A stretch of DNA of 32,000 nucleotides from Zestosphaera tikiterensis (lineage in GTDB: Archaea; Thermoproteota; Thermoprotei_A; Sulfolobales; NBVN01): positions 90,001-122,000 of the forward strand of contig NBVN01000004.1 of NCBI GenBank assembly GCA_003056265.1. Reading direction: 5' to 3'. The notes beneath the pieces are model-generated. The model was not told the DNA's origin and did no database searches. It saw nothing but the letters and a program-made list of their open reading frames with translations. Position 1 is the stretch's first letter. Every line of letters begins with the position of its first letter. Positions 9,911 through 19,229 of this stretch are shown here, one piece after another. The position numbers and the translations under genes are program-made.

Positions 9911-12349
9911 GTGGTTGAGATGATGGATGAGTTAAGGGTTAAGATGAGTGAGGTTGTAACGGATGAGTACCTGAGGTTTGTTAAGCTTTTCTTAGTTGAC
10001 GTTATGCGTGCTATAAGAAGGAATGAACGGCGTATGTTAGTTTTATGTGGTTCAGACTCTGTAAAGGTTGCTGGTGTTACAGTCGACGTGATTAGAAGGT
10101 ATTTAAGGAGGGTTGGCGGTAAAATACGTGTTCTTCACGTATATCATGACGAATTTCAAGACGCTAGAGATAGAGCGACTATATTAAGGAAGTTCTTAGG
10201 CAGGAAACTTAAAGACATGGTGGCTTTCGATAGTGTGGTTTATGAATTAAGTAAGAAATACTTAGGGACAACCTTAGATGTTTTAATTATGGATCTCACA
10301 AACGATTTAAAACCTAATGACGTCGGGAGGTTGTTAGGCATTGTTAAAGGTGGTGGGCTAATAATTCTTCAGGTACCCCCTCTGAACACGTGGCCGAAAG
10401 CACTTACTATATTTAAGACGAACCTTACAGTACCTAACCATCCAGAACCTAGGCATGTGTTTATAGAATACTTCATACGTAAGATTATGGAGCATAACGG
10501 CATCTACGTTTTAGACGTTGACTTCGGTAAAGTCATTAAATACAATCAAGTTAAAGAGAAAGGTAAACACAAAAAGAAAGAGCTTGAAATCCCTAAGGAG
10601 AGGATATTCCCTGAAGAGCTTTATAAACTAGCCTTAACTCAAGATCAGATTAACGTAATTAAACTTATCGAGGATAACTTAGTCCCGAAACCTGGAGGTA
10701 AACATGTGGCTTTAGTAATAACTTCAGATAGGGGTAGGGGTAAATCCTCGGCCGTTGGTATAGGTGTGGTAGGACTCATTAGAGAGTTAGCAAAGCATAA
10801 GAATAAAGTTAGGGTCGCCGTAACTGCTGTGGAGCCGTTATCTATACAGTCTCTTATGATGTTAGCTAAGAAGGCCTTAGAGGCTTTAGGGGTTAAGTAT
10901 AAGGAAGTCGTTAAAGAGGGCAACGTAATAGAGTTGAAGGGGGAGAACTTCAGCATTGAGTATTGGGAGCCCTATACCGTATTAAAGCTTAACGTGGATG
11001 TAGTCGTCGTTGATGAAGCCGCTGGCTTACCTGTACCGTTACTCCACATGATATGGAAGAACTTCAGAAGGACTGTATATGCTACAACCATACATGGATA
11101 TGAAGGAGCTGGTAGAGGTTTCTCAGTTAGGTTTCTTAAGAGGCTTAAAGAAGATAAGAAAACTAAGTTGGTAATTTACGAAATGAATGAACCCATAAGA
11201 TATTCAAGCACGGATCCCATAGAGAAATTTCAATTCGATGCCTTACTCCTTGACGCTGAGCCAGAGCCCTTAACAGATGAAGACTTTGAAGAGATAAGGA
11301 AGGGGGAGTTCGAATACGTTGCTTACGAACCTAGCTACCTCTTCTCTAAGGAGGGGGAGGAAACACTTAAGCGTTTATTCGGCATATACGTATTAGCGCA
11401 TTACAGGAATGAACCCGACGACCTCGGTAGGTTGGCTGACGCACCACATCATAGCATAAGGGCGGTAAAGCTTAAGAAATCTGGGAAGATCGTGGGGGCA
11501 GCTCAATTAGCTGAGGAGGGAGGTCTTCAAGAGGAGTTAATAGATGAGTTGCTTGCTGGCGGTAAGATACCCGGTAATATAATACCTGATAGGTTACTTA
11601 AGCATTTCAGAGTTAGGGATTTAGGTAAAGGTTTAGGCTGGCGTATAGTTAGGATAGCGACGCATATCGACGCGCAGGGATTAGGTATAGGATCTTACCT
11701 CTTAAGTAAGATTGTTGAGGAAGCTACGACTAGAGGGTATGCGTGGGTTGGTGCTGGGTTTGGAGTCAGTAAGGAGTTGCTTAAGTTCTGGCTTAAAAAC
11801 GGGTTTAAAATACTTCATCTTTCACCAGATCGAAATCCAGTTAGCGGGGAGTACTCAGCCCTTGTTGTTAAGCCTTTAAATAACGAATGGGAGAAGTTAA
11901 TAAACCTCTGCGTTAAGGAGTTTGCGTTAAAGCTTGTTGAGAGTCTATATTCAGTATATAAAGATCTAGAAAGCGATGTAGTTTACTTAATCCTTACTTC
12001 CGGCGTTACGAATGTCGAATTTAGCGAGAGTCTGAAGTTAAGTAGGATACAGCTTGAGAGGCTTAACCTCTACGTACTTGGTTTAATGACGTATGAATCC
12101 GTAGCTGACGCCGTGAACTTATACCTTAAGAAAGTAGCTTATGAAGGATCGTTAACTAAGTTAAGCGAGTTTGAAGGCTTTATAGCTATAGCTAAAGCGC
12201 TTCAAGGTCTTACATGGGAAGAAATAACTAGGTATTTAAACATTTCAAGCGTTAAAGCAACTTCAACTCTAAGGAAAGCAGTCGAGAAATTACTTGGGAT
12301 GCCGACTTCAGATAAAAGTGTTCAAAGGATAGTAAATGACGCAACATGA
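9911..12349 (+). CDS. tmcA: tRNA(Met) cytidine acetyltransferase TmcA (NAT10/Kre33 family)
   Basis: The 812-aa protein has a helicase-like P-loop region (SDRGRGKS), the signature TIHGYEGAGRGF and a GNAT block (RIATHIDAQGLGIGS). Confidence 0.85.
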   Translation: MVEMMDELRVKMSEVVTDEYLRFVKLFLVDVMRAIRRNERRMLVLCGSDSVKVAGVTVDVIRRYLRRVGGKIRVLHVYHDEFQDARDRATILRKFLGRKLKDMVAFDSVVYELSKKYLGTTLDVLIMDLTNDLKPNDVGRLLGIVKGGGLIILQVPPLNTWPKALTIFKTNLTVPNHPEPRHVFIEYFIRKIMEHNGIYVLDVDFGKVIKYNQVKEKGKHKKKELEIPKERIFPEELYKLALTQDQINVIKLIEDNLVPKPGGKHVALVITSDRGRGKSSAVGIGVVGLIRELAKHKNKVRVAVTAVEPLSIQSLMMLAKKALEALGVKYKEVVKEGNVIELKGENFSIEYWEPYTVLKLNVDVVVVDEAAGLPVPLLHMIWKNFRRTVYATTIHGYEGAGRGFSVRFLKRLKEDKKTKLVIYEMNEPIRYSSTDPIEKFQFDALLLDAEPEPLTDEDFEEIRKGEFEYVAYEPSYLFSKEGEETLKRLFGIYVLAHYRNEPDDLGRLADAPHHSIRAVKLKKSGKIVGAAQLAEEGGLQEELIDELLAGGKIPGNIIPDRLLKHFRVRDLGKGLGWRIVRIATHIDAQGLGIGSYLLSKIVEEATTRGYAWVGAGFGVSKELLKFWLKNGFKILHLSPDRNPVSGEYSALVVKPLNNEWEKLINLCVKEFALKLVESLYSVYKDLESDVVYLILTSGVTNVEFSESLKLSRIQLERLNLYVLGLMTYESVADAVNLYLKKVAYEGSLTKLSEFEGFIAIAKALQGLTWEEITRYLNISSVKATSTLRKAVEKLLGMPTSDKSVQRIVNDAT

Positions 12350-12440
12350 TATCAATCAGTTAGCAACAACACATCACTTAGTCAGCACTCGGCAAACACA
12401 TCATTCACTCAAAATATTTTTACCTCCTTAATAAAAGTTA

Positions 12441-12566
12441 ATGGTGGTGAACGCGGTGGGTGGTAGGCAGAAGACTACGTTGTTTATGAACGTTGGCAGC
12501 TCTAAAGAGGAGAAGCAAAGTAAGCAGGAAGGTAAGAAAGGTAAGGAAGCAACTGCTAAGAAGTGA
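12441..12566 (+). CDS. Possible 41-aa lysine-rich micro-protein (below the ORF-track cutoff)
   Basis: The ATG at 12441 is preceded by an AT-rich TATA-like stretch (aaaatattttta, about 12411-12422). The translation is MVVNAVGGRQKTTLFMNVGSSKEEKQSKQEGKKGKEATAKK, and the TGA lies at 12564-12566. I recognised no homology. Confidence 0.2.
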   Translation: MVVNAVGGRQKTTLFMNVGSSKEEKQSKQEGKKGKEATAKK

Positions 12567-13234
12567 GTCTTTATTTACGGTTGACTGCTTTCATGAGTTA
12601 CTCAACCAATAAAAAAGCATTGGAGATTTTCCTCTCTAAAGTTCCGATGTTTAGCGAGCCTAAGGAATTTTTAGAGCAGTATATGACACCATCCCATATA
12701 GCAGCGGATATCTTGTGGTCTGCTTACATGAATAACGAGATAAAAGATAATGTAGTTTTGGATTTCGGTTGCGGTACGGGGATCTTCACAGCCGGCTCTA
12801 GTTTTTTAGGAGCTTCCTATTCGGTGTGCGTCGATATAGATTATGAGGCGTTAGAAACGGCACGTAATTTTTTAAGTAGAGCCGCTGATCAACCATACGA
12901 TTTGGTAGTAGCCGACCTTAGGTCTTCAACACCGTTTAGGAGGAGCGACTGCGTCGTTCTCATGAACCCACCATTCGGAGTTAAGTCTAAGGGAGCAGAT
13001 TTAGACTTCTTAAAAAATGCTGTAATGACTTGCTGTGTTGTTTACTCAATACATAAGGTTAGTGAGGGATTCTTCAAAGTATTTGAGAAATTCTGCAGGG
13101 AGAACTCGCTAAAATGTGATATACTTAAGATCTTCCCATACCCAATTAAAGCTACGTTGAGTAAACATGTGAAGAAGGTTGTTTACGTTGATGCAGTAGT
13201 AGTTAAAGTTTCGTTAAATGAGAAATGTTTTTAA
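12563..13234 (+). CDS. SAM-dependent methyltransferase, COG2263/METTL5-like putative RNA N6-adenine methylase
   Basis: Motifs seen are LEQYMTP, DFGCGTGIF (SAM motif I) and NPPFG (motif IV). The real start is probably the internal ATG (MSYSTNKK, near 12593). Confidence 0.75.
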   Translation: MSLYLRLTAFMSYSTNKKALEIFLSKVPMFSEPKEFLEQYMTPSHIAADILWSAYMNNEIKDNVVLDFGCGTGIFTAGSSFLGASYSVCVDIDYEALETARNFLSRAADQPYDLVVADLRSSTPFRRSDCVVLMNPPFGVKSKGADLDFLKNAVMTCCVVYSIHKVSEGFFKVFEKFCRENSLKCDILKIFPYPIKATLSKHVKKVVYVDAVVVKVSLNEKCF

Positions 13235-13274
13235 ACCTTCACCGTTTTAATTAACCAGCGGTTTTTATTAATGG

Positions 13275-13865
13275 GTGAAGAGTGTGAAGAGGGTTGAAGA
13301 GATATCTAAGCTTAAGTTAACGCCTGGAGACGACGTGTGTGTTATCGAGGAATTCCTGCCTGGAGCGGGTGCCTATGAGCATAAGGGACTCGTTAAATCA
13401 GCTGTTGTCGGCACTCCAAAGCTTGATTTAAATTTACGGGTTGTTTACGTAACACCTTTATCTAAGAAACCATCCATGCCTGAGGCTGGAAGTTTAGTAT
13501 ATGGTGTGGTGGTTCTGGTTAAGGACGAATACGCCGTAGTTAAGATTGTTTGCGACGCTAAAGGTACTCGATATTCAACACCTTTTACAGGGGTTATTCA
13601 CATAACGCAAGTTTCAGATAAATATGTTAAGAGCCTATATGAGTTATTGGGTTTGGGGGATGTTGTAAAGGCTAAAGTACTCAACGATTCAATACCTTAC
13701 AACCTAACTATTAAGGAAGCTAGGCTTGGAATAGTAGCGACTTCCTGTAGAGTTTGCGGAGGTAAGCTAGTTAAAACAGGCGAAGGCCTTAAATGTAGTG
13801 AATGCGGCACAGTAGATAAGAGAAGGGTTAGTTCGGAATACGGCCATATCAAGTGTGTGATATGA
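13275..13865 (+). CDS. csl4: Exosome complex RNA-binding subunit Csl4
   Basis: An S1-like central domain is followed by a C-terminal zinc ribbon CRVCGGKLVKTGEGLKCSECG. The methylase-Csl4-RpoL gene order is conserved in archaea. Confidence 0.8.
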   Translation: MKSVKRVEEISKLKLTPGDDVCVIEEFLPGAGAYEHKGLVKSAVVGTPKLDLNLRVVYVTPLSKKPSMPEAGSLVYGVVVLVKDEYAVVKIVCDAKGTRYSTPFTGVIHITQVSDKYVKSLYELLGLGDVVKAKVLNDSIPYNLTIKEARLGIVATSCRVCGGKLVKTGEGLKCSECGTVDKRRVSSEYGHIKCVI

Positions 13866-14467
13866 TGGTCTTCAAGATTAACCTCCCATGCTCATCGTAT
13901 GAGGAATGCTTGAAGATAGCTGAAGGTATAATCAAGGCCAAGGGTGTAAACGCATCTTTAATAAAGTATGTCGTTAAAGGTAGTTCACTTGAGATTCAGG
14001 TTTTCGGCAGTGGTGTTGAAGCATCTCAAGTGAAGAAAGCCGTAGTCAACACCTACAAAAGCCTTAAAAAACTTACCGCTGAGGAAATTAAGACTTCAAT
14101 ATCGATAACTGAGATTATGAAACGCGTAGGAAAACCTTTAATTACAGACGCGTTAGTTGAGGTTCTTAATATGGAAGGATATAACGCCTACATACGGGAA
14201 GGCAAGATTTACAGCCGTATAAACCCAGATATGCTGCTAAGCATATCTGAAGCACTCGCTTTAAAACTAAAGGATCTAGTGAGTATCTACCCGAGGGCTT
14301 CACATTCCGTCAAAGCCTTCATAACTTCCTACGCTTATTTAAAGGACTTAAGCGTTAAAGAGGCTGTTGAGGAGTTGCTAGGCAAAGGTTGTTTAATAAA
14401 AAACGACAACATACTTCAAGTGCCTGGTGAATGGCGTGGTATGTTAAGGAAGTGTTTAGAATTATAA
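13853..14467 (+). CDS. Conserved archaeal hypothetical protein located between csl4 and rpoL
   Basis: The ORF is 204 aa and its ATG overlaps the csl4 stop (ATGA-type overlap at about 13862-13865). I recognised no catalytic motif. Confidence 0.55.
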   Translation: MCDMMVFKINLPCSSYEECLKIAEGIIKAKGVNASLIKYVVKGSSLEIQVFGSGVEASQVKKAVVNTYKSLKKLTAEEIKTSISITEIMKRVGKPLITDALVEVLNMEGYNAYIREGKIYSRINPDMLLSISEALALKLKDLVSIYPRASHSVKAFITSYAYLKDLSVKEAVEELLGKGCLIKNDNILQVPGEWRGMLRKCLEL

Positions 14468-14625
14468 CTGTGGTTTCTTAACTGAGTTAAAAATTCTAGG
14501 TCATAGTATGTCCAGCCAACGTATTACGTATTGCGAGGGCGACGCGGCTGAGCATGGAATGTTACCTAAGTTTAAAAAGATCGTATTTAAAAGAAGTTAT
14601 CCTCGATTTTTAAGGGGGTAGTGGA

Positions 14626-14913
14626 GTGGAGATCGAGGTTAAGAAATACACCGATAGAGAGCTAGTTTTAAAACTTAAGGGTGAGGATCATACGTTAGGT
14701 AATTTACTTGCTAAGCATGCGTTAAGTCATCCTCATGTAAAATTAGCTGCTTACGTTGTGGAGCATCCTCTGGAAGGTAGTCCAACCCTCAGGATAGTAA
14801 CGGATGGTCAAGTAGATCCTGTATCTATTCTTAAGGAAGTTGTTAAAAACGTTAAGGAAATGATTAACGATCTTACGATTGAAGTTAGTAATGTCTTAGG
14901 AGAGAATCTTTGA
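14626..14913 (+). CDS. rpoL: DNA-directed RNA polymerase subunit L (Rpo11)
   Basis: The 95-aa protein carries the signature GEDHTLGNLL ... HPL. Confidence 0.88.
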   Translation: MEIEVKKYTDRELVLKLKGEDHTLGNLLAKHALSHPHVKLAAYVVEHPLEGSPTLRIVTDGQVDPVSILKEVVKNVKEMINDLTIEVSNVLGENL

Positions 14914-15197
14914 AGAAGGAGGTTAGGATCCTTACATATAAAACTGTAGAATGTGGCTTGATGAAATACACGTTTTACGCTGTTTTAAGGGGTGTTAAAG
15001 GCTTCGAGCATGTTGGGGTTGTTGAAGGCGGTTTAGAGGAGCTCATTAAATACTTGAAAAGTTCTAAAGTCTACGATGAGGTTCGAATAATGTATGAGGT
15101 AGAGGAGCTCATAAATCGTGTGGAGCATAAAGGAGTGGTTAAGTATGCGTTATTTATGAACTCTTTAGTTAACGAAATGCTTAAGTATCTCTGTTAA
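14910..15197 (+). CDS. Hypothetical protein, translationally coupled to rpoL
   Basis: The TTG start at 14910 overlaps the rpoL TGA (TTGA). The ORF is 95 aa with no recognised motif. Confidence 0.45.
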   Translation: MKKEVRILTYKTVECGLMKYTFYAVLRGVKGFEHVGVVEGGLEELIKYLKSSKVYDEVRIMYEVEELINRVEHKGVVKYALFMNSLVNEMLKYLC

Positions 15198-15218
15198 CGA
15201 AGTATCTACTAGAAGTCG

Positions 15219-15581
15219 GTGGTTAAGATGGTTGATTTTTGCCCTAAGTGCGGCTCTTTGCTTGTGCCTAAGCGTGAAGCGGGGAAAACCGTACTTGCGT
15301 GTCCTAAATGTGGCTACGTTAAGGAAACCACCGCTAGCTCCTCTAAAAACCCTAAAACGATGATATCCAAGAAAGTAGTACATTCTGAAAGGGATAAAAC
15401 ATACGTAATAAGTTCTGAAGAAGTCGCGCGCACCTTACCGAAGGTTAAGGGGGTTTTATGCAGAAAATGCGGTAATGATGAAGCCTACTATATGATCATG
15501 CAGACTAGAAGGGCTGATGAACCACCTACTAGATTCTATAAATGCACTAAATGCGGCTATACATGGCGTGAGTATGAGTGA
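15219..15581 (+). CDS. tfs: Transcription elongation/cleavage factor TFS (RpoM/Rpo9-like)
   Basis: An N-terminal Zn ribbon (CPKCG...CPKCG) is followed by a C-terminal Zn ribbon (CRKCG...QTRRADEPPTRFYKCTKCGYTW) that includes the acidic DE loop. Confidence 0.88.
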   Translation: MVKMVDFCPKCGSLLVPKREAGKTVLACPKCGYVKETTASSSKNPKTMISKKVVHSERDKTYVISSEEVARTLPKVKGVLCRKCGNDEAYYMIMQTRRADEPPTRFYKCTKCGYTWREYE

Positions 15582-15616
15582 CGTATTTTAAAACTTTAAC
15601 TTAAGTAGTATTTTGG

Positions 15617-16372
15617 GTGTTAGATTTGAGCTTTACCTCCCCTGACGCCAGCATATGGAGATACGTGGTTTCATCAGCCGGTAAATTTGTTGAAGTTGGT
15701 TTAATGATTTTAAGACCTGAGGAGCTCATCATTAAAGCTATGGATCCCTCCAGAACAGCTTTAATCGAGTTCATAATGCCTAAAGAATCTTTTGAGGAAT
15801 ATAACGTAAGTGAGGAGAGAACAATCCAACTTAACTTCGAAGAATTGGGTAAGGTCTTAAGAAGTGCTGAGAAAGACGACAGACTTACGGTTGAATTGGA
15901 AGCGGCGACAATTAAAATCGGTTTTGAACGGAGAGGCATCGTAAGGACGTTTACACTACCTTTACATACGGAAGCAGGTCTTGAGGAAATACCTGAGTTA
16001 AACATAGAATACGCTAACATGTTTAAAGTCCGTGGCGAAATCTTCTATGATGCCCTCTCAAGTATTGAGGATATGGGTGACGTACTTAAAATCGGTGGGG
16101 ATAAGAACGTTCTGAAACTTTCTTCAGTTAGTGATTTAGGTGAGGCTGAAGTAGAGTTAAGCCTTGAGAAAGGTGTTCTTGAAGAGGCTGAGGTAGGTAA
16201 CCCAGGCTTCACGTCTTCATATACTATGGAGTTCTTCACGTATGTTAAACGACCGATTAAAGCCGCTGAATATGTCATCTTAAGAGTCGATACAGATTTA
16301 CCGGCGTTTCTTGAGTTAACATATCCTCAAGGGAGTAAGTTGAAATACTATGTCGCACCGAGAACCGAATAA
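15617..16372 (+). CDS. pcn: DNA polymerase sliding clamp PCNA
   Basis: The 251-aa protein shows a PCNA-like two-domain repeat pattern and sits in the conserved TFS-PCNA-PriS order of Crenarchaeota. Confidence 0.85.
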   Translation: MLDLSFTSPDASIWRYVVSSAGKFVEVGLMILRPEELIIKAMDPSRTALIEFIMPKESFEEYNVSEERTIQLNFEELGKVLRSAEKDDRLTVELEAATIKIGFERRGIVRTFTLPLHTEAGLEEIPELNIEYANMFKVRGEIFYDALSSIEDMGDVLKIGGDKNVLKLSSVSDLGEAEVELSLEKGVLEEAEVGNPGFTSSYTMEFFTYVKRPIKAAEYVILRVDTDLPAFLELTYPQGSKLKYYVAPRTE

Positions 16373-17381
16373 GGAAGGCGATGAAGAAGACTGCTTAAGA
16401 AAGCTCCTTAGGGATTACTACAAAGGTCTTGAGGTCGAGCTTCCTGAAGACTTTATACTTAGGGAATTCGCTTTCCAGAAGTTTAAGACGAAAACTTTCG
16501 TTAGGCACTTAACATTTCAATCACTAGCTCAAGTTAAGGAATACCTAATTAAGGAAACACCCTATAACGCCTACTACTCAATAGCACTTTACAGGGATCC
16601 AGCCGCTGAGAGAATGGAGGACAAGAGCTTAATATATGCTGAGCTTTTCTTCGATATAGACTCAGATCATCTACCGGGGTGTAAGCCCGTTACATACACC
16701 TTACTTGAAGGTCTTGAACTAGACTATGTAAGCCCTGAATGTGTTGAGGCAGGCAAGCACGAGCAGCTGAAGTTATTAGACGTACTTAAGGAGTACTTCG
16801 GTTTTAGCAAGGATGAAATACGTATGTACTTCACGGGGAATAGAGGATTCCATACGATAGTGAAGCCTAAGGATGAGGATTGGTTGAAACTTAACTCAAC
16901 TCAACGAAGAGAACTTGTTAATTTTTTAAAACTCTTCGAGGCGGAGAAACTTATAGATAGAAAGAAAGGTAGATCTACAGTAAGAGTAACTGCGTTAAGA
17001 CGTAGGATCGTTGAAACGTTTGAAAAATCGCGCGTAGGTAGTGGCGACGAGAGGGAGTTTATTCAGCTATGTAAGGTGTACGTAGACGAGTTGGTGACTC
17101 CAGACGTCACTAAGCTCGCTAGGATTCCTAAAACGATAAACGGTAAATCTGGGCTTCCCTCAATAACCTTTTCAAGTGAGGCTGAACTTCATAAGTTCAA
17201 GTTTAATCAAAGCCTATCACCTTTTAAGGGCGAGTTTGTAGTAAAGTCTCTCTACACGTCAAGAGAGGCTATTAAAGTATTTGATACGGAGGTCTATCTC
17301 CTAAGAAATCAGAAATTGCTTATGCCGGCTCCTGTAGCAGTATATCTAGCGTTAAACAATGTAGTTGAGTTAATCTGTTAA
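16350..17381 (+). CDS. priS: DNA primase small (catalytic) subunit PriS
   Basis: It has the catalytic FFDIDSDH (DxD) motif and the YFTGNRGFH motif. It overlaps the pcn 3' end by 23 nt. Confidence 0.88.
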   Translation: MSHREPNKEGDEEDCLRKLLRDYYKGLEVELPEDFILREFAFQKFKTKTFVRHLTFQSLAQVKEYLIKETPYNAYYSIALYRDPAAERMEDKSLIYAELFFDIDSDHLPGCKPVTYTLLEGLELDYVSPECVEAGKHEQLKLLDVLKEYFGFSKDEIRMYFTGNRGFHTIVKPKDEDWLKLNSTQRRELVNFLKLFEAEKLIDRKKGRSTVRVTALRRRIVETFEKSRVGSGDEREFIQLCKVYVDELVTPDVTKLARIPKTINGKSGLPSITFSSEAELHKFKFNQSLSPFKGEFVVKSLYTSREAIKVFDTEVYLLRNQKLLMPAPVAVYLALNNVVELIC

Positions 17382-17439
17382 TTTAATAACTTTAACCTGA
17401 GGCGTAGGAATAACCGTTATATAAACTACCGATTATGAA

Positions 17440-17620
17440 TGCCTGACCTCCTCCCCGCCCTAAAGGACGAGGGTTCTCGGTGTTGCTAAGGCGGGGAGGT
17501 TTGGGGCTACATCCGCTTCGTTCAGCCCCGGGCTAGGCCTCCAGCCCGTTACCCCTATCCCAATGGGACTCGGGGTTATAGATATACCTTTGATTAGGAT
17601 GTTGTATGCTGCTGCAATAT
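17440..17620 (-). ncRNA. Predicted omega-RNA (reRNA) scaffold overlapping the tnpB 3' end and right end
   Basis: This call rests on analogy with characterised TnpB systems. Here a GC-rich 3' coding end plus a 10-bp stem brackets the tnpB stop codon. The extent is a guess. Confidence 0.3.
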
Positions 17621-18734
17621 CAGCATTGAATACTTTGTTTAGCTTCGCGCACTTAAATAATCCTCTTGTTATCCTCCTTCCACATCCATTTTCATGTATT
17701 GGACATGATGATGAAGTATACATTTCATCAACAAATATGATGGATATTCCGTATTCTTCACTAACTTCATTTAATCTTCTCAACAGATATCCGTAGCTCC
17801 ACACCTGAACAGTGTTGAAGTTTCCGTTTTCTTGAGCTATGTTCTTCGGGTAGCCAACGTAAATTACTGAAATTCTACTCTCGTAGAGCCACTCAACGAG
17901 CTTCCTAACCTGCGCGTTTATGAAGCTCTTTACCTCCCTACGCCACTTACTATACATTAGCCTAAGCTTACGTGAAGACTTAATACCATATTTATTGATA
18001 ACGCTTTGATACTTGGCGATCCCCACCCTCCAGTAGTGGGATATGGATTTTAGAGGTCTACCGTTGACGAGTAACGACACCCCATTCTCAACGTATACTG
18101 CGAATAAGTTATTCACGCCGATATCCACTCCAGCCTTCAAATCGCCTTTGGGCGTTTGTGGTACCTTCCCCCACACACCTCTAACAGCTTTCTCATAAAC
18201 TTCGAAGGATATGTATGCGTACCACCTTCTTTCATCTGGGTCGTAGTGTATTTCAAGCCTGCCCTGCCTGCCCTTCAAGTGGACTAATCCTTTGTACTCT
18301 ACTTCTATTCTTCCTATGACTCCTAATCCTTTCAAGATGATTTTATTTTCTTCAATTCTGTATTGGTCGTTTCTCAGCACAACTCATAACTCTCTTGCTT
18401 TTCCCTTCTTCTTGTATCCGGGTGGGTTGACCTTCGTTATGTATGGCGGTAACTTTCCCTCTTTCTTAGCTTTCAGCATTTCGAAGAAGGATTTCCATGC
18501 CTCACCATTCTTATTAAGTATTTGTTGAACTGTTGCTGAACCTATTAACGCCTTATACTTCTCATAGAACTCTTTGTATGTACCCTTTAGATCAACTCCC
18601 TTACTCGCGAAGAACTGCCTCCTCCTAACGTAGTTTACTTCATTCCATAGCTTGGATGTTAAGCTACATAGGGCCTTCAACCTCACTTCAGATTCATTAT
18701 CTAGTACTAGTCTAACGACACTAACCCTCCTCAT
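17460..18734 (-). pseudogene. tnpB: tnpB (RNA-guided RuvC nuclease, IS605 OrfB type) interrupted by one in-frame TGA
   Basis: ORFs 18384-18734 and 17460-18380 are in the same frame. They are separated only by TGA (18386-18384) plus two codons. The RuvC residues are present (GVDIGVNN, FVDEMYTSSSCP, NADIAAAYNI) and the Zn-finger is partly degenerate. Confidence 0.8.
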
Positions 18735-19161
18735 GCTCCTCCCTTAACCACTGCTCCTCAACATATCTCTTAACAGTATCAGCAGTTACATTACCTACTG
18801 TAGCAACGAAGTAGCTTCTAGACCACAGCTTCCCATACCTAGCCCTAGCTTTAAGCCCTGGGAACTTCTGTAGGATCCTCCTAGCACTCTTACCCTTAAG
18901 ATAATTCACTACGTAGGCTGGAGCTAGCCGTGGAGGGCATAAAACAAACACATGAACATAGTCAGGCATAACGTTAACAGCCAAACCCTCACAACCCAGC
19001 TCGGCGATGATCTCACTAATGACCTCTCTAGAGTATTCAGCAACTTCACCTACAAGCATATCCCTACGATGCTTCGGAATCCACGCGATATGATACCCAC
19101 ACCAGTACCTCACATGCCTAGTACTTCTAAAACTCATCCACGCTTGAGAGCCGCCCTCCAC
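18721..19161 (-). CDS. tnpA: IS200/IS605 Y1 (HUH) transposase TnpA
   Basis: Motifs seen are YHIAWIPKHRR, the HUH motif YVHVFV, and the catalytic-Tyr region WSRSYFVATVGN. The likely true start is the internal M (MSFRSTRH). Confidence 0.88.
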   Translation of the reverse strand: MEGGSQAWMSFRSTRHVRYWCGYHIAWIPKHRRDMLVGEVAEYSREVISEIIAELGCEGLAVNVMPDYVHVFVLCPPRLAPAYVVNYLKGKSARRILQKFPGLKARARYGKLWSRSYFVATVGNVTADTVKRYVEEQWLREEHEEG

Positions 19162-19209
19162 AACCAGCCCCTAGAATACATTAAAGGTTCTTAGTTTATA
19201 AGCTTTCAT

Positions 19210-19229
19210 CCCCGCTATAAATAGCGGGG
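19210..19229. repeat. Left-end subterminal hairpin of the IS (ccccgcta-taaa-tagcgggg)
   Basis: It is a perfect 8-bp stem with a 4-nt loop, 9 nt inside the TTAC target-like tetranucleotide. Confidence 0.7.

Noticed and set aside
15165-16278. Minus-strand ORFs 15165-15383, 15601-16020 and 16045-16278, which overlap tfs and pcn.
   Set aside because: They are shadow ORFs opposite well-supported TFS and PCNA genes, and they have no recognisable features.
18384-18386. Whether the in-frame TGA in tnpB, together with the odd aRF1, indicates stop-codon reassignment.
   Set aside because: All three stop codons terminate well-supported genes in this window: TAA for the aRF1-like gene, TAG for feoB, and TGA for argS at 7457-7459. 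TGA also ends ORF 4070-4330. A standard genetic code is the simpler reading.
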